The notes: generated from the sequence alone by a model not told the origin. Positions 1-10,240 are shown, counted from the first letter of the stretch. The stretch: DNA of 56,447 nucleotides from Vulcanimicrobiota bacterium (GCA_003135555.1 PLCF01000090.1:1-56447), one strand, 5' to 3'. Made by a program: numbers and translations.

Positions 1-501
1 CGCCTCGCCGGCTGTAATCTCAGCTGCTCGTTCTGCGACACCGACTACGCCCTCAAGTTCTTCGCCCCGGTGAGCGACGTCGTCCGGCGCGTGCGCGAAG
101 AGGGCGGCGCGTGCCCGCTGGTGATCCTCACCGGCGGGGAACCGCTGGCTCAGCGCGAGACGCTCGCGCTCATCGACGCGTTACGCGCCGACGGGCGGCG
201 CGTCCACATCGAGTCGAACGGGACGCTGCCGACGGAGCTGCCGGACGACGTGTGGCTAACGGTCTCGCCCAAGGAACGGTTGAGCCCCGAGATGGCCGGC
301 CGCGCCAACGAAGCCAAACTCATCGTCGACGGCCGGGTGCCGGAGGAATGGATCGGCGCGTTCGGGGAGACCACGCCGATGTTCTTGCAGCCCGAAGGCA
401 ACAAACCGTCCAACGTCGCGCTCGCGGTCGATGCCGCGAAGCGCGATCCGGGCCGGTTGCGCCTCTCGCTGCAAACGCACAAGTTCATCGGCGTGAGGTA
501 A
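1..501 (+). CDS. queE: 7-carboxy-7-deazaguanine synthase (radical SAM), 5'-truncated by window edge
   Basis: Frame 1 from base 1 reads RLAGCNLSCSFCDTDY (CxxxCxxC), in frame with ORF 70..501 carrying LTGGEP, IESNGT, VSPK and LSLQTHK motifs. Confidence 0.93.
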   Translation, partial: RLAGCNLSCSFCDTDYALKFFAPVSDVVRRVREEGGACPLVILTGGEPLAQRETLALIDALRADGRRVHIESNGTLPTELPDDVWLTVSPKERLSPEMAGRANEAKLIVDGRVPEEWIGAFGETTPMFLQPEGNKPSNVALAVDAAKRDPGRLRLSLQTHKFIGVR

Positions 502-505
502 CCCC

Positions 506-955
506 ATGGCTTCCCAGAGCCCGCTGTTCGAGGATTACGGCGCGTACCACCGCGACCGGCGCAACCTGATCTGTCACGAGATCGGCATCCCGCTCATCGT
601 GCTCGGCATCATCGCGCTGCTGCGGCTCGCCGCGCTGCCGGGCTGGAACCTCAACCTCGCCGCCCTCGCGCTCGTGGCGACGGCGGTTTACTACCTCACG
701 CTCGGAAGCGCGGTCCGCGCTGCGGCGTTCGTCGCCATCGCCGGGATGATCGCGCTGTATCTGCTCGCGGCGTACCTCACCTGGCCCTACGCGATCGGCG
801 CCTTCGTCGTCGGTTGGATCTTCCAGTTCATCGGCCACGCCTATGAAGGCAAGGCGCCGGCCTTCCTCACGAACCTGCTGCATCTGCTCGTCGGCCCGTT
901 GTGGGTCGCGAGCCACCTGGTGCCCCGGTCAGCATCCTCGTCGTCTGCGCGGTAG
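506..955 (+). CDS. DUF962/Mpo1-like membrane protein
   Basis: YxxYHRDxxNxxCHxIGIP, GWIFQFIGHxYEGKAPAF and LLVGPLW motifs; several TM helices. Confidence 0.85.
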   Translation: MASQSPLFEDYGAYHRDRRNLICHEIGIPLIVLGIIALLRLAALPGWNLNLAALALVATAVYYLTLGSAVRAAAFVAIAGMIALYLLAAYLTWPYAIGAFVVGWIFQFIGHAYEGKAPAFLTNLLHLLVGPLWVASHLVPRSASSSSAR

Positions 956-1545
956 CGCAGGAGCTCGCAGGGCTGCCGGCGCGACCGGACGTGGATGTCG
1001 TCGCGGTCGGCGTCGGTCCGGTCGAGGCCGCGCTGGGAACGGCGCGCGCGCTCGCTGCGTCGCGCTATGACGGCGTGATCAACGCCGGCATCGCCGGCGG
1101 CTTCCGCGACCGCTGCACCGTCGGCGGCGTGGTGGTGTGCTCGCGCGAGGACTATGCCGAACTGGGCCTGGAGGACGGCTCCACCTTTCCGCTTCCGGGC
1201 GGCCTCGAGCTGACGCGTCACGTCGAGGCCGATCCGGAACTGTTGCGCCCGTTCTTGGCCGGCCGCATCCCGGTGATCGTCGGCCGCGGCGTCACCTCCG
1301 CGACGGTCACCACCACGACCGCGCGCGCGCTGGCGCTGGCCTACCGCTTTCGCGCCGACGTCGAGTCGATGGAGGGGTTCGCGGTCCTGCGCGCGGCGCA
1401 ACTCGCCGGCGTTCCGGCGATCGAGATTCGCGGCGTGTCGAACCTCGTCGGCGAACGCGAATCCAACGGCTGGGACTTTCGCAGCGGCGCGCTCGCCGCC
1501 GTCGCGACGACCGGCGCACTGCTCGACGTCTTGCTGGCCGGCTGA
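928..1545 (+). CDS. mqnB: futalosine hydrolase; start uncertain (GTC at 928 or GTG at 901)
   Basis: ILVVCAVxxE, GVGPVEAA, INAGIAGGF, ESMEGFAV, EIRGVSNLVGER; directly upstream of mqnD. Confidence 0.88.
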   Translation, partial: VSILVVCAVAQELAGLPARPDVDVVAVGVGPVEAALGTARALAASRYDGVINAGIAGGFRDRCTVGGVVVCSREDYAELGLEDGSTFPLPGGLELTRHVEADPELLRPFLAGRIPVIVGRGVTSATVTTTTARALALAYRFRADVESMEGFAVLRAAQLAGVPAIEIRGVSNLVGERESNGWDFRSGALAAVATTGALLDVLLAG

Positions 1546-2396
1546 TGCTGGCCCAGCACAAGTCGTATTCGCTGGCATACTCACCCTGTCCGAACGACAC
1601 GTACATCTTCGCCGCGCTCACCAACGGTCTGCTCGACGACGCGCCCGAGGTCACGGTCGTGCTCGACGACGTGGAGGCGCTCAACCGCGCCGCGCGCGAG
1701 GGGCGCTACGAGCTCACCAAGGTCAGTTACGGCGCGATCCCCTACCTGCTCGACAAGTACCGCATCCTGCGCGCCGGCGGCGCGCTGGGACGGGGCTGCG
1801 GGCCGCTGCTGATCGCGCGCAGCGCTGCGCCCGGATTCGACGAGATCTCCAAAACGGCGGCGACGCGCTACGCGATCCCGGGGCGCCTCACCACCGCGTA
1901 CTTGCTGCTGCGCCTCGCGCTCGGGTACGAACCCAAGTCGGTCGAGATGCGCTTCGACGCCATCGTCGACGCGGTCAAAAACCACGCGGCCGACGCCGGC
2001 GTGATCATCCACGAGTCGCGCTTTACGTACCGCGACGCCGGTCTGGCCGAACTTCTCGACCTCGGCGAGTGGTGGGAGCGTGAAACCCACAATGCGATCC
2101 CGCTCGGCGCCATCCTGGTTCGCCGGGACATCTCCGATTCGGCCGCGCACGAGATCGATGCGGCGATTCGCCGCAGCTTGCGCTTCGCGCGCGAGCGCGA
2201 GGACGAGATCATCGCCTACGTGCGCGCGCATGCGTTCGAGATGGACGACGCCGTAATGCGCGCGCACATCGCGCTCTACGTCAACGAGCACAGCGAGGAC
2301 GTCGGCGCCTCCGGTATCGGCGCGGTCGAAGACCTCTTCGCGCGCGCCGCGCGCGCCCACCTCATCCCCGACCACATCCGACCGGAGTTCGTGTGA
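1545..2396 (+). CDS. mqnD: 1,4-dihydroxy-6-naphthoate synthase
   Basis: YSPCPNDTYIF, GGALGRGCGPL, IIHESRFTY, IPLG, HIALYVNE; ATG overlaps mqnB stop (TGATG). Confidence 0.93.
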   Translation: MLAQHKSYSLAYSPCPNDTYIFAALTNGLLDDAPEVTVVLDDVEALNRAAREGRYELTKVSYGAIPYLLDKYRILRAGGALGRGCGPLLIARSAAPGFDEISKTAATRYAIPGRLTTAYLLLRLALGYEPKSVEMRFDAIVDAVKNHAADAGVIIHESRFTYRDAGLAELLDLGEWWERETHNAIPLGAILVRRDISDSAAHEIDAAIRRSLRFAREREDEIIAYVRAHAFEMDDAVMRAHIALYVNEHSEDVGASGIGAVEDLFARAARAHLIPDHIRPEFV

Positions 2397-3610
2397 GCAT
2401 GCAGCGCCGCACCTTTCTCGCCGCGACCGCCGCGGCGTTCGCCGCGCCGGCGGCGGCGCGCGCCAAGCCGGCGATCGTGCTGGGCGACGACGTCTTCGTG
2501 CGCGATGCTTGGCGCGAGCTGCGCGGCCGTGCGGTCGGGATCGTGACCAACCCCAGCGGCGTGCTCTCGACGGGTGAAGCGCTTCCCGACGCGGTGCACC
2601 GCAACGGCGCGATCGCGGTGAAGGCGCTCTTCGGGCCCGAGCACGGCATCCGCGGCACCGTCGGCGCCGGAGAGACCGTCGGCTCATCGACCGACGAGAA
2701 GACCGGCCTGCCCGTCTACAGTCTGTACGGAAAGACGCGCCATCCCTCGGCGGAGATGCTCGACGGGATCGACGTGATGCTGTTCGACATCCAAGACGTC
2801 GGCGCGCGGCCGTACACCTACGTTTCGACCCTGGCCTACGTCATGGAGTCGTGCGCGCAGTACGGCAAAGAAGTGTGGGTGCTCGACCGGCCCAACCCGA
2901 TCGGCGGCGTGCTGCTCGACGGCCCGGTGCTCGATCCGAAGTACAAGTCGTTCATCGGACTCTACCCGATCCCCGAACGTCACGGGCTGACCGTCGGCGA
3001 GTTGGCGCGCCTCTACAACGACCATTTCGGGATCGGCTGCAAGCTGCGCGTGATCGCAATGCAGGGTTGGACGCGCGAGATGCTGTGGTCCGAGACCGGC
3101 CTGAAATGGATCGCGACGTCGCCGAACATCCCGCACGCGCGCACGACCCTGGTCTACCTCGCCACCGGGCTGGTCGACGAGGGTGGCGTCAACAACGGCA
3201 TCGGGACGGATCGCCCGTTCGAGTACGCCGGCGGCTACGGCTTCGATGCCGCCGCGTTTCGCGACGCCCTCGCCGCGCGCCGGATCCCCGGGGTGGAGTT
3301 CGAACCGGTCGACTGGGTCCCGACGCGGGGCTTCTGGAGCGGCAAAACGCTGCGCGGCGTCGCGATCGACGTCACCGATGGGCACGCCTTCCCGAGCGTG
3401 CGGACCGCGATCGAGTTTCTCGTCGCCGCGCGCGCGCAAGGCAAGTACCACATCGCGTCCGGACACGAGCCGTTCATGGACCGCAACTGGGGCACCGACA
3501 GCGTGCGGCTCGCGCTCGACTCCGGCGCCGGCCCCGATGCGATCGTGGCGTCCTGGCAGCCCGGACTGCGCGGGTTCAAGACGCTGCGTTCGAAGTATCT
3601 CTTGTACTAG
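2393..3610 (+). CDS. namZ: exo-beta-N-acetylmuramidase NamZ/DUF1343 family, Tat-type signal
   Basis: QRRTFL twin-arginine leader, LFGPEHG, FDIQDVGAR, LDRPNPIGG, HGLTVGELA. Confidence 0.88.
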   Translation: MSMQRRTFLAATAAAFAAPAAARAKPAIVLGDDVFVRDAWRELRGRAVGIVTNPSGVLSTGEALPDAVHRNGAIAVKALFGPEHGIRGTVGAGETVGSSTDEKTGLPVYSLYGKTRHPSAEMLDGIDVMLFDIQDVGARPYTYVSTLAYVMESCAQYGKEVWVLDRPNPIGGVLLDGPVLDPKYKSFIGLYPIPERHGLTVGELARLYNDHFGIGCKLRVIAMQGWTREMLWSETGLKWIATSPNIPHARTTLVYLATGLVDEGGVNNGIGTDRPFEYAGGYGFDAAAFRDALAARRIPGVEFEPVDWVPTRGFWSGKTLRGVAIDVTDGHAFPSVRTAIEFLVAARAQGKYHIASGHEPFMDRNWGTDSVRLALDSGAGPDAIVASWQPGLRGFKTLRSKYLLY

Positions 3611-3669
3611 CGGAACCGAGCAGGCGCATTCCAGGAACTCCGGGGCCGCTCTCCGTAGCGTGCAAAGCC

Positions 3670-5088
3670 GTGCAATCATTCGCGGCGCGTCTTCACGACG
3701 CGCTCGGCCCCGAGGTGGTTCGTACCGAACCCGAAGACCTGGCGGTGTACGCGTTCGACGCGTACTCCGAAGACCGGCTGCCGGCGGCTGCGATCGTGCC
3801 GCGCGACGCGCGCGAGGTCGCGATCGGAGTGCGCATCGCGCGCGAGTGCGACGAGGCGATCGTCCCGCGCGGCGCCGGAACGGGATTGTGCGGCGGCGCG
3901 GTACCGACGCGCGGCGGGCTGGTGGTGTCGTTCGCGCGGATGAACCGGCTGGTCGAGCTCGACGTGCGCAATCGGCGCGCGCGCGTGCAGCCGGGTCTGA
4001 TCAACCTCGACCTCTCCACCGCAATCGCCGGACACGGGATCTTCTACGCGCCGGATCCCTCGAGCCAGAAGATCTCGACGATCGGCGGCAACGTCGGGAC
4101 CAACGCCGGCGGACCGCACTGCCTGAGCTACGGGACGACGACCAACCACGTGCTCGGGATCGAGTACGTCGACGCCGAGGGAGCCGTTCACCGCACCTCG
4201 ATCGACGATGCCGGCTACGACCTCACCGGCGTGCTCGTCGGTTCGGAAGGGACGCTCGGGATCGTGACCGAGGTCGAAGTTCGCCTCCTCAAGCTGCCCG
4301 AGGCGGTACGCGTCTGCGTCGCGGCGTTCGGCGACGTCGAGTCGGCTTCCGAGGCGGTGTCGGCGATCATCGGGGCCGGAATCGTGCCCACGGCGCTCGA
4401 GATCATGGACGCGCTGATCACAAAAGCCGTCGAGGCGCACTACCACGCCGGATATCCCGAGAACGCGGGCGCAGTGCTGCTGGTCGAGATCGCCGGGGCC
4501 CACGACGACGTCGCCTCCGGCGAAGCGGCGCTGGCCGCGATCGCCCGGCGGCACGGCGCATTGTCCTGGCGCGCCGCGCGCAGCGACGCCGAACGGGCCG
4601 CGCTCTGGGCGGCGCGCAAAGGCGCAGCCGGCGCGATGGGGCGCATCGCGCCTAACTACTACATCCAGGATGCCTGCGTGCCGCGCACGCGCCTGCCGCA
4701 GGTGATGCACGCGATCGACGCAATCGCGCGCGACCATCGTCTCGCAGTCGGCAACGTGTTCCACGCCGGGGACGGCAACTTGCATCCGCTATTGGTCTTC
4801 GACCGGCGCGACGCGCGGCAAGTGCAAGCGGTGATCGACGCCGGGACCGACATCCTGCGCACCTGCATCGAGATGGGCGGGACGATCAGCGGCGAGCACG
4901 GCATCGGCTACGAGAAGCGCGAGACGCTGTCGCTGGTGTTCTCCACCGACGACTTGGCCGCGATGGGCAAGGTGCGCGAGGTGTTCGATCCGGCGCGCGC
5001 GTTCAACCCCGACAAGATCTTCCCCACCGGCGCGATGTGCGGCGAGGTCGGGGCTCGCAACGGCGTCCGCGAGGGCACCCCCGCGTGA
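3670..5088 (+). CDS. glcD: glycolate oxidase GlcD-like FAD-linked oxidase
   Basis: PRGAGTGLCGG, PDPSSQ, GGNVGTNAGG, HAGDGNLHP, SGEHGIG; GTG at 3670. Confidence 0.85.
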   Translation: MQSFAARLHDALGPEVVRTEPEDLAVYAFDAYSEDRLPAAAIVPRDAREVAIGVRIARECDEAIVPRGAGTGLCGGAVPTRGGLVVSFARMNRLVELDVRNRRARVQPGLINLDLSTAIAGHGIFYAPDPSSQKISTIGGNVGTNAGGPHCLSYGTTTNHVLGIEYVDAEGAVHRTSIDDAGYDLTGVLVGSEGTLGIVTEVEVRLLKLPEAVRVCVAAFGDVESASEAVSAIIGAGIVPTALEIMDALITKAVEAHYHAGYPENAGAVLLVEIAGAHDDVASGEAALAAIARRHGALSWRAARSDAERAALWAARKGAAGAMGRIAPNYYIQDACVPRTRLPQVMHAIDAIARDHRLAVGNVFHAGDGNLHPLLVFDRRDARQVQAVIDAGTDILRTCIEMGGTISGEHGIGYEKRETLSLVFSTDDLAAMGKVREVFDPARAFNPDKIFPTGAMCGEVGARNGVREGTPA

Positions 5089-6344
5089 TCGCCAAGCTGC
5101 CGCGCGCGCGGCGCACGAAGCTCGATGCCTACGCGCTGGGAGCGCTGCTGCCGTCGCGCTTGCTCGAACCCGTCGACGCGGAACAGGCCGCGGCCGTGCT
5201 GCGCGCGGCGCACGACGCCGGCGAAGCGGTCGTCGTCTACGGCGGCGGCACGCTGCAACGAAGCTCCAACGCACCCTCGCGCTACGACATCGTGCTCTCG
5301 ACCAAGCGGCTCACCGCGCTCTACGACTACGACCCGCGCGATCTGACCATCGGCATCGGCGCCGGAATGACGGTCGCAACCCTGAACGCGGCCCTGGCCG
5401 AACACGGGCAGTTCATCCCGCTCGACGTACCGTTTCCGTCGCGCGCGACGGTCGGCGGAACGCTTGCCGCCGGCTGGGCCGGCCCCCGTCGCGCCGCCTA
5501 CGGCCGCGCGCGCGATCTGCTGATCGGGGCGACGGTCGCACTAGCCGACGGCACGCTGGTCAAAACCGGCGGGATGGTGGTCAAGAACGTCACGGGCTAC
5601 GACATGGGCAAACTCTACGTCGGTTCGCACGGCACGCTGGGCGCGATCGTGCGCGCGAACTTCAAGCTGCTTCCGGCGCCGGCGACACGCCGCATGGCGA
5701 TCGCGCCGTTCGACGAGGAGTTGCGCGCGCGCGCGGTCGCGCATGCCGGCGCACTCGCCCTCGAGCCGGTCGTGCTGCTCGCCGTCGACGGTTTCCGCGA
5801 AGCCGTGCCGCCGGCGCGCTCGCGGCTGATCGCGCTGCTCGAAGGCTCGGAACCCGTGGTCGAGCGTGCCACCCGCGAGCTGCGCTCCGCGCTCGGTGCG
5901 GCGGGCGTCGCGGAGACGCGGCTGCTCGACGGCCCCGATGCAACGCGGGCGTTTCAGAGCTTGCTCGACGCCTACGCCGGCATCGAGAGCGACGACTCGG
6001 TGACGTTCGTGGCGCGAGGCCTCCCGTCCGACGCCGCGCTGCGCGCGCAGCACGTGCGCGCCGCCCTGCCGCGCGCCGAGACGATCGCCGACTTGCGCAC
6101 CGGAGATGTGATCGTGCGCGTCCGGGACACCAGCGGCGCCGGCTCGAACGATACGGCGGTGCCATCGATCGATCGCGTCGTGCGGCGGCTGTTGGGCCGT
6201 GCCACGGTGGTGTGTGCGGGCTCGACGGCGCGCGTCGACGCCTGGGGCGAGCCCCCGTCCACGATCGCAACGATGCGCGAGCTCAAGACCGCGTTCGATC
6301 CGCGCGGCGTGCTCGCACCGGGCCGCTTCGCCGGTGGGATCTAG
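5085..6344 (+). CDS. glcE: glycolate oxidase GlcE-like FAD-binding subunit
   Basis: ATVGG, GGMVVKNVTGYDMGKL, GSHGTLG, LKTAFDP..LAPGR; GTGA overlap with glcD. Confidence 0.8.
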   Translation: MIAKLPRARRTKLDAYALGALLPSRLLEPVDAEQAAAVLRAAHDAGEAVVVYGGGTLQRSSNAPSRYDIVLSTKRLTALYDYDPRDLTIGIGAGMTVATLNAALAEHGQFIPLDVPFPSRATVGGTLAAGWAGPRRAAYGRARDLLIGATVALADGTLVKTGGMVVKNVTGYDMGKLYVGSHGTLGAIVRANFKLLPAPATRRMAIAPFDEELRARAVAHAGALALEPVVLLAVDGFREAVPPARSRLIALLEGSEPVVERATRELRSALGAAGVAETRLLDGPDATRAFQSLLDAYAGIESDDSVTFVARGLPSDAALRAQHVRAALPRAETIADLRTGDVIVRVRDTSGAGSNDTAVPSIDRVVRRLLGRATVVCAGSTARVDAWGEPPSTIATMRELKTAFDPRGVLAPGRFAGGI

Positions 6345-7459
6345 TGCGCCGGCCTAAGTTGCCCGGACTCTTGGCGGTCCCCGACGCGCTGTGGCGCGAC
6401 GTGCGCGCCACGCTGGCCGTCGTGTTCAGCCGGCCCAGCCGCATCCGGCGCTTCCTCGCGCTGGGACCGCGCGGGTGGATGGCGACCGCGCGCTTTGTCG
6501 GAAGCGTGATCCCGCGCGCCGGCCGCGAGCTGGCGATCCTGCGTGCCGACGCCGCCCGCATCCCCGATCCCGCGCTGCGCGAACAAGCGCTCGCGTCGAT
6601 CGACGGCAAAGCCTACCACGTTCAGGGCGGCTGCATCCTCGCGACGTTCATGCCGAACGACACCGCACAGCGCTACGTGGCGATCGTCGCAGCGCTCGAG
6701 ACGATCTACGACTATCTCGACAATCTCTGCGACCGGCTCCCCGGGGTGACGCCGCAGGCATACGCGTCGCTGCACCACGCGCTCATCGACGCGCTCGACG
6801 AGCGCCGCGCGCCCGGCGACTACTATCGCGATGGGCCGCACCGCGACGACGGCGGGTACCTGCGCCGGCTCGTGGAGTCGGTGCGCGCGGGCTTGCACGC
6901 GATGCCGCACTATGTCGCGGTGCGCGACGACGTCGTGGAGATCGCGCAGTATTACGCCGACCTGCAAGTTCTCAAGCACGGCCCGGTCGAAGCGCGCGAA
7001 AGCGCGTGCGGCGCGTGGTACGCGCGCAATCGTGAGCGGTTTCCGAACCTGTCGTGGTGGGAGTTCGCCGCTGCGTGCGGCTCGTCACTCCCCGTCTTCG
7101 CGCTCATCGCGCTCGCCGCGCGCCAACGCCCGGCCCGCAGCGAGATCGACGCGACGGTGAAGGCCTATTTCCCGGGCGTCTCGGCGCTGCACATCCTGCT
7201 GGACTACTTCATCGACCAGGCCGAAGACCTCGAGCACGGCGAGCTCAACTTCGTCGCCTGTTACGCCTCGCGTCCCGAGGCCGTGGTAGGGCTGCGGCGG
7301 TTGCTGCGCGGCGCCCTCGCGCGCGTGCGCACTCTCGCCGGCGCGGCGCACCACCGTTTCCTGGTCGAAGCGATGTGCGTTTTCTACCTCACGCACCCCA
7401 AGGTATTCGCGCAACGGCTCGACGCCGAGAGCGCGATCCTGCTGCGCGCGCTGGGCTGA
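6344..7459 (+). CDS. DUF2600 / tetraprenyl-beta-curcumene synthase (YtpB)-family terpene cyclase
   Basis: DYLDNLCD, WWEFAAACGS and LHILLDYFIDQxED..ELNF motifs recognised as typical of the YtpB family. Confidence 0.75.
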   Translation: MRRPKLPGLLAVPDALWRDVRATLAVVFSRPSRIRRFLALGPRGWMATARFVGSVIPRAGRELAILRADAARIPDPALREQALASIDGKAYHVQGGCILATFMPNDTAQRYVAIVAALETIYDYLDNLCDRLPGVTPQAYASLHHALIDALDERRAPGDYYRDGPHRDDGGYLRRLVESVRAGLHAMPHYVAVRDDVVEIAQYYADLQVLKHGPVEARESACGAWYARNRERFPNLSWWEFAAACGSSLPVFALIALAARQRPARSEIDATVKAYFPGVSALHILLDYFIDQAEDLEHGELNFVACYASRPEAVVGLRRLLRGALARVRTLAGAAHHRFLVEAMCVFYLTHPKVFAQRLDAESAILLRALG

Positions 7460-7465
7460 CCGGCG

Positions 7466-8515
7466 CTACGCCCAGCCCGCGGCGAGATCGCGCACGACGT
7501 CGGCCGCGGTGACGTCGTGCAGCATGAGCGGCGCGGCTTGACCCGCCCACAGCGAGATGTTTTCGGGATCGCCGGCCGCCGCGGCGGCGTTGCGCAACGG
7601 GCGCGTGAGCGCGTTCTGTTGGGGATACGGCAAGATCGCGTCGGGCCGTGCATCGACCTGTTGTTCGAATGCGTTGACGAGGCCGCGCGCCGGACGGCCG
7701 CTAAAGGCGCGCGTCACGACGCTGTCGCGGTCGCGCGCCGCGGCTAGCGCGCGCCGGTGCGGCGCGCTCGTTCCGGCTTCGACCGTATCCAAGAACGCGG
7801 TGCCGCACTGCACGCCGCTGGCGCCGAGCGTGCGCGCCGCGGCGACACCGCGCCGCTCGACGATCCCGCCGGCGGCAATGACCGGCACCCCGACCGCGTC
7901 GACGACCTGTGGCACCAGCGCGATCGTGCCGATCATCGCCGCCTCGAACGGCACCAAGAAGGTGCCGCGGTGCGCACCCGCCTCGGCGCCCTGCGCGACG
8001 ACCGCGTGACAGCCGGCAGCCTCGCAGCGGCGGGCCTCGCCGACCGTGGTCGCGGTGCCGATCACCGTGCGCCCCGCGGCGCGCATTCGCGCGATCGCGG
8101 CGTCGCCGGGCAGGCCGAAGGTGAACGTCACGATCGGCACGCCCGCGTCGATCACGGCGGCGAGCTGCTCCTCGAAATCATACGGCCACGCGCCCGGTGC
8201 CTGCGGGGGCGGTATCCCAAAACGGTCGTGCAGCGGGCCCAGCAGCGCCAGCATCGGCGCCGGATCGGCCTCGCCCGCCTCGATCCCGCCGGCGAAGAGA
8301 TTCACCGCAAACGGTCGTTGCGTGCGTTGGCGGATCTCGGCGACGAGGGCGTGGATGGCGGACGGCGTCAGGTACGCCGCGCCGGCCGAGCCGAGCGCGC
8401 CGGCGTTCGACACCGCGGCCACGAGCTCGGCGGTGGTGAAGCCGCCTGCCATCGGCGCTTGGACGATGGGGAGCTCGATCCCCAGGAGCGTGCGAAGGTC
8501 GGCCGGAGTGCTCAC
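7466..8515 (-). CDS. nitronate monooxygenase family flavoprotein
   Basis: PIVQAPMAGG, QGAEAGAHRG, PVIAAGGI, SGRPARG, LWAGQ. Confidence 0.9.
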   Translation of the reverse strand: MSTPADLRTLLGIELPIVQAPMAGGFTTAELVAAVSNAGALGSAGAAYLTPSAIHALVAEIRQRTQRPFAVNLFAGGIEAGEADPAPMLALLGPLHDRFGIPPPQAPGAWPYDFEEQLAAVIDAGVPIVTFTFGLPGDAAIARMRAAGRTVIGTATTVGEARRCEAAGCHAVVAQGAEAGAHRGTFLVPFEAAMIGTIALVPQVVDAVGVPVIAAGGIVERRGVAAARTLGASGVQCGTAFLDTVEAGTSAPHRRALAAARDRDSVVTRAFSGRPARGLVNAFEQQVDARPDAILPYPQQNALTRPLRNAAAAAGDPENISLWAGQAAPLMLHDVTAADVVRDLAAGWA

Positions 8516-8537
8516 CCCGCCCTACTTCGTCAGGGCG

Positions 8538-8807
8538 TCAGGACCGCTCTTCCAAGCGCTTTTTCTGCCAACCGACGAAGTCGATCGCGGCGAAGGCGAT
8601 GAACAGCGCGTTGGCGATCAGGGTCGCCACACCGAGGTAGCCGCGGAACCATTGGTCGACGGCAACCGCATAACCGAGCGCCAGCCCGACCAGGATCGCG
8701 AGCAACGCGCGGGTCGATAGCGCCAGCATCGGGCGCTTCTGGCCCAGCAAGAACGCCGACGCAAACGCGAAGATGAACACGTACAAATCGATCGCAGTGC
8801 TGGACAT
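8538..8807 (-). CDS. small hypothetical membrane protein (~3 TM)
   Basis: 89-aa hydrophobic frame from ATG (MSSTAIDLYVFIFAF) filling the gap between NMO and pepP. Confidence 0.55.
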   Translation of the reverse strand: MSSTAIDLYVFIFAFASAFLLGQKRPMLALSTRALLAILVGLALGYAVAVDQWFRGYLGVATLIANALFIAFAAIDFVGWQKKRLEERS

Positions 8808-8916
8808 CGTAGGGTGATCTTCGGCACAACGTGCCGCGATTCTTAGCATCGGCTCGCTCGTCTGGCCGCGGCTCCGGTCCAGGGCGGCCGCGCCGCCTCG
8901 CGGAAGCGAGGAGACG

Positions 8917-10239
8917 ATGAGTTCGTTCGCCGACCGGCGTGCGACGGTGCTCGAGCGGCTCGAGGACGGTGTCATGATCGTCCCGGCCGCGACGCACGCG
9001 TTGCGCAACAACGATACCGAGTACCAGTACCGCCAGAGCTCGGACTTCTACTACCTCACCGGCTTCACCGAACCCGAGGCCGTGCTGGTGTTGGCCCCGC
9101 ACCGCGCGGCCGAGCGCGCGACGCTGTTCCTGCGGGCGCGCGACCGCGCCGCGGAGATATGGAACGGCAGACGGCTGGGCGTCGAAGCGGCGGCGGAGGC
9201 GCTCGGCGTCGACGCCGCCTACCCGATCGAGGAGTTGGCGCAGCGCCTTCCCGACGCGCTGGCAGGGACGCGCCGCGCGTTCGTGCGGCTCGGCGACGAC
9301 GAGCGCTTCGACCGCACGTTCTTCCACGCGCTGGGCGCGGCGCGCACGAAGACGCGGCGCACCGGCTACGCGCCCGATACGTTCGTCGATCCGGCGACGA
9401 TCTTGCACGAGCTGCGACTCATCAAAGACGCGCACGAGATCGAGACGATGCGGCGCGCGGCGGGGATCACGCGCCTGGGTCACCTGGCGGGGATGCGCGC
9501 GACGCACCCCGGGCTCACCGAATACGAGCTCGAAGCGATCATCGAGCACGCCTACCGGGTCAACGGCGCGCAGGACACGGCGTACTCGTCGATCGTCGCC
9601 GGCGGTGACAACGCGACGATCCTGCACTACAACACCAATCGTGAGACGCTGCGCGCCGGCGAGCTGGTGCTGGTCGACTCCGCCGCCGAGCTGGACCTCT
9701 ACGCCTCCGACGTCACGCGCACGTGGCCGGTCGACGGGCGCTTCACCGCCGAGCAGCGTGCCGTCTACGAGATCGTGCTGGCGGCGCAAAAGGCCGCTAT
9801 CGCGGAGGTCCGCCCGGGCGCGCACGTGCGCAGCGCGCACGAAGCCGCGCTGCGCGTGCTCACCGCAGGCCTGCTCGACCTCGGCCTGCTCACCGGTTCG
9901 CTCGACGATGCCCTCGAGAAGGAGCGCTATAAGGAATTCTACATGCACGGCACCGGGCATTGGATCGGCCTGGACGTGCACGACGTCGGCTCCTACACGC
10001 TGCGTGACGGCGAGACGAAGCGTCCGCTCGAACCCGGGATGGTCGTGACCGTCGAGCCGGGGCTCTACGTGCAGCGTGATGCCGCCGTCGCCGAACATTT
10101 CCGTGGCATCGGGGTGCGCATCGAGGACGACGTCCTGTGCGGTCCGGCCGGCCCGGACATCCTCAGCGACGGCATCCCCAAGGAAATCGACGAGCTCGAA
10201 GCGATCGTCGGCAGCGCTGCGGCTGCGCACGCGCCCTAA
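8917..10239 (+). CDS. pepP: Xaa-Pro aminopeptidase
   Basis: YRQSSDFYYLTG, YASDVTRT, HGTGHWIGLDVHD, TVEPGLY, GVRIEDD; GAGGAG SD. Confidence 0.93.
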   Translation: MSSFADRRATVLERLEDGVMIVPAATHALRNNDTEYQYRQSSDFYYLTGFTEPEAVLVLAPHRAAERATLFLRARDRAAEIWNGRRLGVEAAAEALGVDAAYPIEELAQRLPDALAGTRRAFVRLGDDERFDRTFFHALGAARTKTRRTGYAPDTFVDPATILHELRLIKDAHEIETMRRAAGITRLGHLAGMRATHPGLTEYELEAIIEHAYRVNGAQDTAYSSIVAGGDNATILHYNTNRETLRAGELVLVDSAAELDLYASDVTRTWPVDGRFTAEQRAVYEIVLAAQKAAIAEVRPGAHVRSAHEAALRVLTAGLLDLGLLTGSLDDALEKERYKEFYMHGTGHWIGLDVHDVGSYTLRDGETKRPLEPGMVVTVEPGLYVQRDAAVAEHFRGIGVRIEDDVLCGPAGPDILSDGIPKEIDELEAIVGSAAAAHAP

Positions 10240-10240
10240 C

